This document shows positions 20,984-32,000 of a stretch of 64,000 nt of DNA, in pieces (position 1 is the stretch's first letter; the number at the start of each line of letters is the position of its first letter). The stretch spans positions 257,315-321,314 of the forward strand of contig VRVR01000003.1 of NCBI GenBank assembly GCA_009859145.1. The letters run 5' to 3'. The DNA is from Andalucia godoyi And28 (taxonomy: Eukaryota > Protista > Jakobida). The notes beneath the pieces were generated by a model that was given only the letters and a program-made list of their open reading frames with translations, did not search any database and was not told the DNA's origin. A program made the translations under genes and the position numbers.

Positions 20984-22408
20984 TTAGTTCAGATCTGCAA
21001 GGATTCGCCTTTTCTCCGCCTCCAACGAAGCGACGCGTTCGGTTTCCTGACGCAGCATGTCGTATGCCTTGGAACCGACAGCAGAGTTTCCATTTGCCAT
21101 CTGAACGAACCGCTGTTGTGTAAGCCGAACAAGCTGCTTGCCATCTAACGACGCCGGGATTGTCAGTCCCCGGACGCTTGAATAGAATCGCTGAACCTGC
21201 TCGGCATTCCACAGCACCGGCTTCTTGGGAATCTCAATAACAGGAACAGTGATGTCGGATCGTACCAAATCGACTACCGGCTCTGTCTCTGCAGACGTGC
21301 TGTCCATCAGCTCCACATTGTCCAGCGTGCACAGCGTATGTTCTGTATCGGTGGAGCTCGGAGACACCGTGCCGATCACCAACGTTGCGAGTTCCGCCTT
21401 GTCCTCTGCCTGTACTCGGGAAAGCGAACTCTTGAGAAACAGGGTGAGTTTGGATCTGCGGAACGGAACATGCGCTGCGTTGCTGCTTGAAGCTTGCATT
21501 TTCCGCACGCATTCCTTGAGCACCATGAGTGACGAGTTGATTTCCGATGCTTCCTTTCGCTGCTGCGCATTATGCCTTGATGAGTCTTCCTTTCGTTCGG
21601 TTCCGGCAAGATCAACGAGCAAAAACTGACTTCCGTTGGCAGGATTCACAAGTCGATACACCGCATGCGACCGCGACGATGAATCATGCACTCCCGTTGC
21701 CGACTTCACTCTCGAGTCGCCAGCTTGTTTGACGCCTTGCAAAAGTTCTGCAGGGGAGCGTACTTGACGAACCGAACAGAATCGAACATGCACTGACCCA
21801 TCTTCGTCTTCGAGGATCTTCACAGACTTCTGGCCGTCCGAAAGCAAATCCACCGTGTCGTTTCCTTGAATCTCGAATGCAGAAAGCGAGAGTTCGGGAA
21901 CTTTTGAGAACACATCGGCCGCCAAAAGCTTTTGAATTCCCGTCATCGTAAACGTCTTTCCCGAACCCGTTTGGCCAAACATGAGAATTGTGCTTCGCGA
22001 ACCAGGATTCACGCAAAAGGAGTTTATCATCGGTACAACCTGCTCTTTAAACAAGGCATCCGTGGACTGCGTGTCCCCATACACTCGATTGAAAGCATAC
22101 CGGTGATGATCAATGTACTTTTTCTTTAAATCCGACTCCAGGCGGCAATCATGAACCGTGATCGTCCGGCTGGACGTGCTCACAACATCAAATTCCCCCC
22201 GAGCAGTTTCGTGCGGGAAAAGAGGGCGCTTGCGAACAACGACGGATATATGCGAAGAATTGCTGGACTCTTGTGACGCAGCAACTTTCAACTCGACAGC
22301 GGCAATCTTGTCCGTATTGCGCGACGATGCAAGATACATTTCAATGCATTTCTGGAATTCCGAAGAATGCTCTTTGCGAAGCGATCGCTTGTCAAGCGTG
22401 TTTCCCAT
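20984..22408 (-). CDS. Kinesin-13-like motor protein
   Basis: VVVRKRPL, GQTGSGKT, SSRSHA, DLAGTE and HVPFRRSKLT motifs. Confidence 0.9.
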   Translation of the reverse strand: MGNTLDKRSLRKEHSSEFQKCIEMYLASSRNTDKIAAVELKVAASQESSNSSHISVVVRKRPLFPHETARGEFDVVSTSSRTITVHDCRLESDLKKKYIDHHRYAFNRVYGDTQSTDALFKEQVVPMINSFCVNPGSRSTILMFGQTGSGKTFTMTGIQKLLAADVFSKVPELSLSAFEIQGNDTVDLLSDGQKSVKILEDEDGSVHVRFCSVRQVRSPAELLQGVKQAGDSRVKSATGVHDSSSRSHAVYRLVNPANGSQFLLVDLAGTERKEDSSRHNAQQRKEASEINSSLMVLKECVRKMQASSSNAAHVPFRRSKLTLFLKSSLSRVQAEDKAELATLVIGTVSPSSTDTEHTLCTLDNVELMDSTSAETEPVVDLVRSDITVPVIEIPKKPVLWNAEQVQRFYSSVRGLTIPASLDGKQLVRLTQQRFVQMANGNSAVGSKAYDMLRQETERVASLEAEKRRILADLN

Positions 22409-22929
22409 TCGTTTTTTATTATTTTTCCCCCCTCAAAAATAAATCCTTTCAAGGGGCAAAGAAGCAGATGTATGAAACAACACACACTTTAATCCAAAAG
22501 TGACACAAAACATCAAAGACGCACGGATTTCCAGGCTTTAAACATTAAAATAAAAATAGGAAAACGGAAACGGAGATTGATTGGTGTGGCCCACGAGCAT
22601 TCGTCGGGAAATTCTTTTCAACATGAAAGGCGTAACGTTCTCGTTTTCGTATTATTTCTTTACAGAAGACGAGTTTCAGCCGGTTGCATGATGCTGACGG
22701 AAGCTTTTGGTGGAGAAACTGGAAGAGCCTGAGGAGGTAGACACTCTACTCTTGAAAGACATCTTCTGTTCATTGTGAAACGAGTCGTTCTCAATTCGCG
22801 ACAAGTCCACCGACGAGCGCAGGCAGCTCTTTTGCAACTGCCCGTGTGGCTGGTCGGCCTGTCCCTCCATTTTTTACAGAACCCTGGATTGAGGTTCTCA
22901 GCCATGCATAAAGAACCTTGGATATGAGT

Positions 22930-23634
22930 TTACACAAGATTCTGCCTGTTTTTGAGCTTTTGTTTTTGCTTCTGCTTCTGTTTCGGTCGTTCGGATTGCT
23001 CGGATGTTTGTTGCGACTGCTGCTGCTGCATTTCTTGCAGAGACAATGCAAACTCTTTCCGAACTGCAACGTGTCTTTGAACCTCAGCTGCAGAGTCTGA
23101 AAACCCGAGGTTTTTGAGCTGTGCAATGGACTCTGCGGCAGTTGTGTGCAGGATAAATACGCCTCCTTTTGCAATCCAGTCATTTGCGAGCTCTTCTCGA
23201 TCATCAATCAGCACATCTCTCATTTCACCTTCTGCAAATGAAAAGAGCGGACTCGAAGAGACGGGCGGGTGGCACACTCGGTGCTTATTGCGGCTCATGC
23301 ACAGCACAACCGGGACATCTGGCCCAAGTTCGCGTGCACACCATATGTGTTTCTGGGGTGCTGCCCACGATCCATGAGGCAGGCCAGAGAGGATTGTTGG
23401 AGAATACGGCGCAAGAAACGACCACAGTGTCTTACCATCGGGCATCCAGGGAAGCGTTGCGTAGAACCCAGGAGATGGTATGCGGGATACGGTCGACCAC
23501 ATCTGCGACAGCGCAAGCTCCGATGGCCCTCGACCTCGACATGCCCGCCGAACGCCTGCTTCAAAGTCACACAACACTCCATCCAAATCACAATACACTC
23601 GATTCAGCGGAACGACTGCTTCGCCCATCTTCAT
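22930..23634 (-). CDS. HAD-superfamily 5'(3')-deoxyribonucleotidase-like protein
   Basis: YCDLDGVL (motif I), QK (motif III) and LIDD (motif IV). Confidence 0.75.
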   Translation of the reverse strand: MKMGEAVVPLNRVYCDLDGVLCDFEAGVRRACRGRGPSELALSQMWSTVSRIPSPGFYATLPWMPDGKTLWSFLAPYSPTILSGLPHGSWAAPQKHIWCARELGPDVPVVLCMSRNKHRVCHPPVSSSPLFSFAEGEMRDVLIDDREELANDWIAKGGVFILHTTAAESIAQLKNLGFSDSAAEVQRHVAVRKEFALSLQEMQQQQSQQTSEQSERPKQKQKQKQKLKNRQNLV

Positions 23635-24095
23635 TTCACCAGCCCTTTCTTACTTTTGCGTATATAGACGTTACCTGTACAATAAACTGCTTTAATTTTT
23701 TTAATAAAAAGCACCAAAACCTGCACTTACAGGTTATAACTCGTATACTTCTTCCTTTTCCGTTTGTTTTTGCTTTGACGGAGGGGGAAAGAACGAGAAA
23801 GACCGAACAGAAGAAGATGGCGTTCCAGGGGGAACTCGAGACGAGTGGTTCAGTCTGGCTCATATTCCAAAAGTGACCAAAAGTAGTGCCAGCTGTAGTC
23901 CCATATCTCCCGCCCAACTCGTGCCAGCATTCCCAAAAACCTTTCAATTTATTTTAATTTATGTTTTGTTTTCATTGGGTTTTCAATGTTTTCCTAGCTT
24001 GTTTTGCGTTCTTCAAATACTAAGCCATTCGACAAGTCAGCCGTTGTGCGTTTTGCTGCCCCCCTCCCCGATATTCGAGTATTTGTTAGTGGAAC

Positions 24096-25748
24096 ATGAA
24101 GACAAGCAAAGATAAAATGCTCGTTCGCAAAAGTGGTGTTTTATTAGCACGGATGTTTGCATCTTCGAATGCAGGGAACCGCAGCCGGCCGTCTATTTTT
24201 GTTCCCCATTCGTTTGCGGCACCATTTCCGATCGCCGAGCCAGCGGTTTCTGCAAAGCAGTTACCTGCTGTTGGGTCTGAGCAAAGTGCGGTGAATATGC
24301 TGGTGAATTCTGGTTTGTTTCACCGAGTCCCACCGCAAGCGAACCCTGTGCGCAAACTATCCAGTTCAGTCAGTCACCCGAACAGCGCTGCATCGGTCCA
24401 CCCGAGTTTCAGCAGTCCTAATGCTACTGCTGGTAGCGCGAGTGGAAATGGTAGTAGCGCGACCCTGCATAATGTTGGAAATGCGAGGAACGAGCACCAC
24501 CACGGAGCGATCAGCAGCAGCAGGAACGTCAGTTCACACAGTGTGGCTGAATCGAAGGTACTTTCCCCGCATCGTCCACGGATCACGGTGTTTGGAGTCG
24601 GTGGCGGTGGTTGCAATGCGGTTGCAGCGATGGCACGTGCAAATTTGCCATTGATCCTTGGAATTGATTTGGTTGCTGCAAACACGGATGCACAAGCGCT
24701 CTCTCGCATTTCATCAATTCTGTCTCCGAGAGATGAAATGCAGGGATCATCAGCACCATTGGTTAAGACAATTCAGCTCGGAAGGCGGCTGACCAATGGT
24801 CTTGGCGCTGGCGCACGTCCCGAGGTAGGAAAGCTTGCTGCCGAAGAGTCGCTTGATGAGATTTGTGCCGCGATGGAAGGGGCGCACATGGTGTTTGTGA
24901 CTGCAGGACTTGGAGGTGGTACAGGGACTGGGGCTGCACCGGTGGTTGCTCGAGCTGCGTATGAGCAAGGATTGTTGACGGTGTCCGTGGTGACGACTCC
25001 GTTTGCGTTTGAGGGGAAAGCACGGTCCCGTGTGGCGTCGAGTGGACTTGCGGAGCTTGCGGCGGCGGTCGACACGCTTTTGGTGGTTCCGAACCAGAAC
25101 CTGTTCCGAGTTTCGCAGAAGGGTACTACTCTTCTGGATGCTTTCGCGGCTGCAGATGGCGTGCTCAGAGACGCAGTACGGTCCGTCACGGAGCTCATGG
25201 TAGTCCCGGGACTTGTCAATCTCGACTTTGCGGATGTCCGCACGGTCATGTCCGATCGCGGAAGGGCTGTGATGGGTGCTGGAGAAGCGTCAATTTCGGA
25301 AATCCAAGATATCGAAAAGAAAGTAGCGGAGTCTGGTATTGTTCCTGTTGGTGGCACAGAACAGACAGAAGAGAGTACCGCGAAAGACCACGCTGCGAAT
25401 GAAATGGGCACAACGGTCTCCGCCCTCAGTGCGAGGGTGCGTGACTCGGAGAAGGTCCGCAGGTCAGTTCTTGCGGCATCTAGGGCAATTTCGAATCCGC
25501 TGCTGGAGGACGCAAAACTGTCAGCCGCAAAAGGTGTGTTGGTCAACATCACGGGTGGCGACGATCTTACTCTCTGGGAAGTCGATGCCGCTGCGGAAAA
25601 AATCCGATCGGCAGTCGATCCAGATGCCACCGTTATTGTCGGGACTTCTTTCCGAGCTGATCTTGAACCAGGCACAGTGCGCGTTGCCGTGGTTGCAGCA
25701 GGCGTAGAGCCGTTGGTGCGCAGCGAGTCCAAGCAAGTTGCGAAATAG
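24096..25748 (+). CDS. ftsZ: FtsZ, probably mitochondrial
   Basis: GVGGGGCNAV, NTDAQAL, GGGTGTGAAP and VNLDFADVRTVM motifs, with a long Ser/Arg-rich N-terminal extension resembling a presequence. Confidence 0.95.
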   Translation: MKTSKDKMLVRKSGVLLARMFASSNAGNRSRPSIFVPHSFAAPFPIAEPAVSAKQLPAVGSEQSAVNMLVNSGLFHRVPPQANPVRKLSSSVSHPNSAASVHPSFSSPNATAGSASGNGSSATLHNVGNARNEHHHGAISSSRNVSSHSVAESKVLSPHRPRITVFGVGGGGCNAVAAMARANLPLILGIDLVAANTDAQALSRISSILSPRDEMQGSSAPLVKTIQLGRRLTNGLGAGARPEVGKLAAEESLDEICAAMEGAHMVFVTAGLGGGTGTGAAPVVARAAYEQGLLTVSVVTTPFAFEGKARSRVASSGLAELAAAVDTLLVVPNQNLFRVSQKGTTLLDAFAAADGVLRDAVRSVTELMVVPGLVNLDFADVRTVMSDRGRAVMGAGEASISEIQDIEKKVAESGIVPVGGTEQTEESTAKDHAANEMGTTVSALSARVRDSEKVRRSVLAASRAISNPLLEDAKLSAAKGVLVNITGGDDLTLWEVDAAAEKIRSAVDPDATVIVGTSFRADLEPGTVRVAVVAAGVEPLVRSESKQVAK

Positions 25749-25979
25749 TGGACACTGCAGAGACAGTATTGCAATCTCTGTGTGCCGCGAAGCGCATTAG
25801 CAGTTAAGTGTATGTATAGTGCTGATAGAACATCATGCGTGTGCTCGGGGAAGAATGTGAACGACCGAACCCAACAATGACGTAAATCGAGAAACGCGAG
25901 GAAAGGAAAATAAAAATCAGTAATAAGCGATGCAAAAGTTACGATCGATGATTTGAATCGCAGGCAAAAAGACAAAATC

Positions 25980-27245
25980 TTATAAGGGAATGTCCACTGC
26001 TGCGAGGACTGGATGCTGGGAGAACCTGCAACCCATCTTCTGGCAAGCTCGAAGAACAGCAGGCAGTATTCTGGCACGACCGCCGCGGGAATGAGAGCCC
26101 CGGCCGCAGACAACTCGCAGAACCACCCGTTCCGATTCACAGAACTCGGGGGCGCGACGTAAAATGCCTTCGACAACACAGGTGGCTGGTTCAACAAGCA
26201 TCCCATGCAGGTCTACCTCAACAACATACGGTTCGCGCGAATTAGCGCAGTTTTTCTTTCGCTTGGTGCGGACCTGCGCTGAATTCTCCAATTTGCGATG
26301 AAGGGCGGCGAGTTCTTGCAGCGTATTTTCCATGCGATGCTGCGCAATTTGAGATTGCATACTTCGGATTTGTGCAGTGATTGCATTGCCCCTTCTTGCA
26401 TTTTCCATTGCAGCAGAGCCCGTGCCTGCACGATAGGCATCCACGGCTTGCCCATACAGGAAACCGCGATACCGCAGTAAGTCTTCCAACGACAGTGCGC
26501 TCCATTTTCCTGCAGAAGAATCACTGGGCACGATAGGTGTCGAGAGAACGCGATCAGCATGAGTATTCCTGTTTGTCTTTGTATTCACGCTCGCAGCCGT
26601 CGGATGTGGCACTGGATTTTCCGAGGAGGACAGTGCAGATGATCGGGAAGGCATGAGAAGGGGTGAGTCAGACGCGCTGGCTCGGGGAGCGGGCGAAGAA
26701 TTCAGCGAATCTCCAAGGATCCGTCGCAAACTAGGGTCATGCCACGCGGAAGGAGCAAACGATCTGCCCTTGTGCTTGTGACCAGAGAATGAAACAGAAT
26801 CTTCAAGATAATCATCTTCTTCTGCCTGCTGAAGAATCTTCGCAAGCAACGCGTCTTGCTGTTCTTGCTCTCCCTGTCGCACAACATGTGAATGTTCCTC
26901 GTCTTGAACATCCTGGGCAAGTTGAATGTCAGTCAGAAGCCTTTGCAACAATTCCCAGTCTGACTCGGATGCCCAGTCGCAAATATCATCAAAATCATCA
27001 AAATCTCTCCTGATGCCGTTTCTTTCCTCGCTGTCAAATGGCAGCGAGTGCTCATCCAAAGAGTGTTTTCGCTGCTCGGAATCTTCTTCGGGACACATTT
27101 CCGAGAGAATTTCTCTGGTTCTCGACTCGTGATAACGGCTCTCTTCGAACACAGCGCTCACAACTTCTGGCGCGATCGCTCCGTATTCATTGATCAGTCG
27201 ATCGAGAACAGCGTTCACACGATTGTTCATGACTGTATACTTCAA
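25980..27245 (-). CDS. CUE-like plus Smr/MutS2-domain protein
   Basis: C-terminal VDLHGM and VVCGRGSHS Smr motifs; N-terminal CUE-like helices. Confidence 0.8.
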   Translation of the reverse strand: MKYTVMNNRVNAVLDRLINEYGAIAPEVVSAVFEESRYHESRTREILSEMCPEEDSEQRKHSLDEHSLPFDSEERNGIRRDFDDFDDICDWASESDWELLQRLLTDIQLAQDVQDEEHSHVVRQGEQEQQDALLAKILQQAEEDDYLEDSVSFSGHKHKGRSFAPSAWHDPSLRRILGDSLNSSPAPRASASDSPLLMPSRSSALSSSENPVPHPTAASVNTKTNRNTHADRVLSTPIVPSDSSAGKWSALSLEDLLRYRGFLYGQAVDAYRAGTGSAAMENARRGNAITAQIRSMQSQIAQHRMENTLQELAALHRKLENSAQVRTKRKKNCANSREPYVVEVDLHGMLVEPATCVVEGILRRAPEFCESERVVLRVVCGRGSHSRGGRARILPAVLRACQKMGCRFSQHPVLAAVDIPL

Positions 27246-27332
27246 GGGTACTTTTTTAACAAAAAATGATGCAAGATCGTTCGTTGCAATTGCGAATCAA
27301 AGCAGCATGATTTCTTTGATGTGAATCGGATT

Positions 27333-27362
27333 TTTGTTTTTGTTTTTGTTTTTGTTTTTGTT
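27333..27362 (+). repeat. (TTTTTG)n hexamer repeat
   Basis: About 5 tandem units, intergenic. Confidence 0.8.
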
Positions 27363-27692
27363 TTTTAAATTCAAAAAAACTCGAGACACTGACAACTCGC
27401 GGATCTTCAAGATGCCTCGACAGCACGAACAGAAACACGAAGCTCTTGGATCGGGCTCGAAAGGCACGCACAAAAGGATAAGCATAAAACTTCGGAGAAA
27501 AAAAAAACGCAGCGTCCTTTCTTCTCGAATCCCGATGTCCATCAGTTCTCTATTGACGAATTTCATTCTTTGCACGATCGGCGAACATGTGTTTCATCAA
27601 TGTGCATGCAAACTTGAAAAGGGTTCTTCTTTATTTTTGAGATTATTTTCTATAGGACACCACACGTGCCACATCCGTGAGTAAACAAAGAA

Positions 27693-30600
27693 TCACAAAA
27701 CCTGGTTTGATTCGAAGGCCTCGAGCAGGTTCTTCGCCTGTTCTTTGACCATAACCTTCTTATCACCCTCCATAATACTTCGAACGAGCGCGAACAGCCT
27801 GTATTCGATAATGAACCGCTTTGGATTTTTAGATGCGGTGTAGAGGTGCTCAACCAAGGACAGCAAGCGCAAGCGAACCTGGGCATCGTCCAATGCCGGA
27901 TTTTGAAGTTGCCGCACAGTAACCGCAACAAACTCTGGCGTCGTGCTCAGCGCCTCTGCTAGAACAGTGGAAGATTGCACAATCTTTGACATGGGTTGGA
28001 CGAGGGCAGCGAATGCTCTGTTATCCTTGGTGGCAAAGCCTTGAACAAGTTTCTGCAAGTTGTCGTGCACTAGCAGAACTTGCTCGACGCGTTTGCGCTC
28101 CACAGAATCCGTTGTGATCCACGCAGCAATTGCCTCGAGAGCATTTGCTTGCCAATTGCTCTGACGAGTCAAGATACGAAGATAGAAAGCAACGCCGTCG
28201 TTGCGAGCAAGTTCGGCAAGGCACTTCTTCGACGCGTGGGCAAGATCGCACAGCATGGGTAACGCAAACTGGTTCAGAGGAGAGTTTGCCATGATAAGTT
28301 GCATAAGACACGGGATAATTCCAGCTTCCGCTGCAATCTCCTGACGAATCTTGTTGATTCTGCACAAATTGTACAGAGCCATCAGCACTTGGTTTTGCAC
28401 ATCAGACGCACGACTGGCTCCAGTAAGAGACGCCGTGCTGTCCTCGCGAGTCGGAGGTGGAAAGACGCTGGGACCGATTGTCTTACGCTTTGTTTCCTTC
28501 TCCGTCTTCGTATCTTTCTGTGTCGGAGTGGCTTCGTGCGGAATTTCCGATTTCGATTTCCGCGCCATTTTCTTAACTTCCGTCTCCTTCTTATCAGATT
28601 TCTTCAAGGCTGTCGACACGGTTGCAGCAGCAGCAGCTGCTGCAGCAGCAGGAGGAGGAGGAGGAGGAGGAGGAGTTGGAACAGACGAGCTGGAAGTGGA
28701 CGAAGACACTGACAAGACCGAAGCGTCGTCGGAAGACACATGTGGATGGTGATGATGAGGAGGCACAACATGTGAGGCATTCTGATCCGGGATCAGCGAC
28801 AAGTGAAGATACTTGACGAGCTTGGCAATAAAGCCGGTACGCTGCAACATGTCTAGAGTCATTGCATCCGATGAAATGTTTCGAATACACTTGAGCATCT
28901 TGGTCTGCGACGCCTGTGGAAGACGGTCCAAAGAAGAATACACATTCCGAAGAACGCCTTCGTCGGCCAATGCAACTTTGACAAAATGGTCTCCTTGCGA
29001 AAAGATGAGCAAAATTGTCGAAATCTCGTCAACATAGCGCTCGCGCTCTTCCTGGTCGGTGCCCGTTTCTTCCACAATCTTCATCAAAACATCAGCTATC
29101 CGATTCGCCAGCATGGAACGAACAAACACTCGAGCAAAATCGTTTCTTGGGGTTCTGCTCTGAACGTGAAATACTTGAATGACACAATCCACCGCAATCA
29201 GGAACAATGGCCGCACCTTCTGATAATCTTCCTTTCCATACTCCATGAACTGCGTCAAAATGGGCAAACCTCGACAAGCAATAAACATCTGTAATGTAAG
29301 AGTTGAGCTGTGGCAAATATCGTGAACAAACCTCCCGGCTTGATCTCGAACTTCGGTATCCCACCCACTGAAAGAGAACTTCAAAATGGTTGGCAGAGCA
29401 CCCATGAGACACAAGTTTTCCAAATACCGTACGTCATCCCGAATTACGGAATTGAGCACTCGCAATAACGCAATGATGCAGTCCTGCTCCTTGACACTTG
29501 GATTTTCGACGAGCGGATTGTTCGAGTAGTTTTCCAGAAGCTCCAGAATGGGCATGATACCATGATGCGCGGTAAGTTGGTGCTTTTGCTCGGGATGGGC
29601 TTCGAAAATGTGCAGCATCAGATTGCACGAACTCAGCACAAGATCCGGATTATCCAAATTCTGCACTTGTTTCTTGATGACATCGCTCAACTGCTCGTAT
29701 GACGCTCCCATGCCGCCATCATCGCCAGATGCAATCGTCGCAAAAGGATCGATTTCGGATTCTTCGTCATCAAAAACGTCCTTCTCGGTATGGTCATCTC
29801 CGACAGACAAGCTCTTTAGCCTCGAAGACAAATCCAGTGGTTCACCAGCGAAACCGTCGTCCGCTTCGAAATCTGCGTCGTCCCCAAATTCCGTGTACTT
29901 CGCCAGCTGCCCTCCGCCATTCGATGGAAGGAAACCGTCCCTGACATCCGAGGGAGCAATCGTCTTCATCTTTAACCTTTTCAATTTGCTCTGCAAGTCC
30001 ACAGAATCGTCCTCTTCGACCAAGAAATCGTCCTCGACATTTTCTGGCTCAGCTGTCGACTTTTTGCCAACCATTGTCTTGCTATCAACAACCTTATCGA
30101 TCGGCTCGCTAATAGAAACCTTGCGTCGCCTCTTTTCTGTGTCAACCGAGCCCACAGGGCCTTTCGGGTGCTGCAATGGAGGAAGCTTCAGGCCTGATTT
30201 GTTCAGTGCAGACGCAGACTTTGGCTCGGCGGCAGCAGCAGGTGCAGGTGCAACTTCAGGCTTCCCAGAAGACCGAGTACCAGATGCTCCAGGTTCAGTG
30301 CGAACCGTCTTCGATGCAGGTAGCGCAGCAGGCTCGTCATCGCCCCAATCAAGATCAACATCCTCATCATTGACAGGTTCCTCCATATACTTTGCAAGCT
30401 TGCTGGATGATATCCTCTTGTCCAATTTGTCTGTTGATAAGTCCGACAGCGTGCCTGTCGGAGACAGGCGGCCACTCTTTCTTTCTCTGCCATGAGCAGC
30501 TGTCGGGGTGTCTTTGTTCGCGAAGAGTTCGTCGATGGATATTCTCTCCGGCCCACCCCGCTCATTGTGCATCTTGATCGTCGCATAGTCTTCGTCAATA

Positions 30601-31547
30601 TTTGTCTTTGCTGACCGACGTTTGGACGCCTGAATCCACTTGTGTTTTAGCAAGCTCTTCGCAGACGCACGCAATCCAGGATCCTTTTGAAAGCACTGAA
30701 GTAGGAAATCCTTCAGTGCGGGACTGATCGCTTGAGGAAGAGGCGGGTGCTCATCCTGAACAATATGAAACAATGCGGCCATGGGAGCAAGTTCAAAAAA
30801 TGGCGGATTGCCCTCCAGCAGTTCAATCACTGTGCATCCAACACTCCAAATGTCAGAGGCATATTGAGGAGGATTGAGTTCGATAATCTCAGGGGCCATC
30901 CAGTACGGAGTCCCCACCACACTTTCTGCTTCAATCTCGGAAAGTTTCGCAGCAACTCCGAAGTCGGCAAGCTTGATAATTCCATCCTTTGTTGTGAGAA
31001 TATTGGCGCCTTTGATGTCTCGGTGAATGACACCTTCGTCGTGAAGATAGGCAAGACCAATCAACACTTGTGACACGTACAATCCAACCAGAGGCTCGGG
31101 GAACTTTCCAAACTTCTTCACCACAGACTGCAGGGATCCATTCTCGACATACTCCATGATAATAAACAGCTCTTCCTTGGTTACCTGGTGATCAATATAC
31201 TTTGTGATGTGTGGGTGATTCAACTTCCTCAACAAGGAAATCTCGGCCTTCAGGCTCGTGACTTCCTCCTTTGGAAGCTTCTTGATCGGAATGCGTTTTA
31301 CAGCCACAAAAAGGCCCGTTTCCATATCAAGGGCCTTGAAAACAGCACCAAAGCCGCCTTTCCCGATACAATCTCCCAGTTGCTACATATTATGTTTGTT
31401 TTTGAAATTCAGGACACGATGCATTAGTAATCGCTCAAAGACAGGGTGCGCACAGGCACACACATAGCAGCAGCGCGAATAAAAGAAAGAAGAAGAAGAA
31501 AAGAAGAAGGTTGCACATACGTATTTGTTCAGAATTGTTTTCGACAT
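27693..31547 (-). CDS. Cdc7/SepA/Cdc15-like STE kinase with C-terminal ARM repeats; exons 31521-31547 and 27693-31382
   Basis: Exon 1 MSKTILNKY, then a GTATGT..TAG intron, joins QLGDCIGKGGFG. HRDIKGAN, DFG and GTPYWMAPE motifs are present. Confidence 0.9.
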
Positions 31548-31893
31548 ATTCAAGCGTGCCAAGAGAAGATCATGTATACGCGTATGTACAGTACAAGTCC
31601 AACACGAGAAAAAACAGCTACAATAGACGGAACAAGAAAATCACGCAAACCCGTGGGTCTTTCGTTTCAAAAAAATTATGAACGATTGACTGATTGTTGC
31701 AACAAGAGGTGGAAGAACGGGCAAAGGAAAAAGAAGGAACACTGAAGCAGTCTGACACAGAAAGAGAAACCTGTGACAGTCTCTGCCTGTGGCTCTTTGG
31801 GCCTTTTTGTGTTTGTCGACGGAAGGGGGGGGAAAGGAAATGGGGAGAGAATGACCGAGTAGGACAGTGGCGGACTTGATCCTGGAAACTTGA

Positions 31894-32000
31894 CGCCTAC
31901 ACTATACACTGAACATGCTGCATACCTACGAATAGCCATGCATATTCAATCTTGCATCCCGCTGCCGGGAACGGGATAGGCTCCCAACACGCCTCACGGC
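31894..32000 (-). ncRNA. Putative omegaRNA scaffold of copy B2 (the guide would be the flank 31874-31893)
   Basis: Hairpins UCCCG-GCAG-CGGGA (31957-31970) and GCAUGGCUA-UUCG-UAGGUAUGC (31920-31941) are kept despite substitutions. Confidence 0.6.

Noticed and set aside
20578-21148. Plus-strand gene after copy A2
   Set aside because: The ORFs are short, overlap the kinesin 3' end and have no convincing motif.
24773-26206. 477-aa minus-strand ORF
   Set aside because: It is an antisense shadow of FtsZ plus intergenic sequence.
29608-30495. 295-aa plus-strand Ser-rich ORF
   Set aside because: It is an antisense shadow of the kinase linker.
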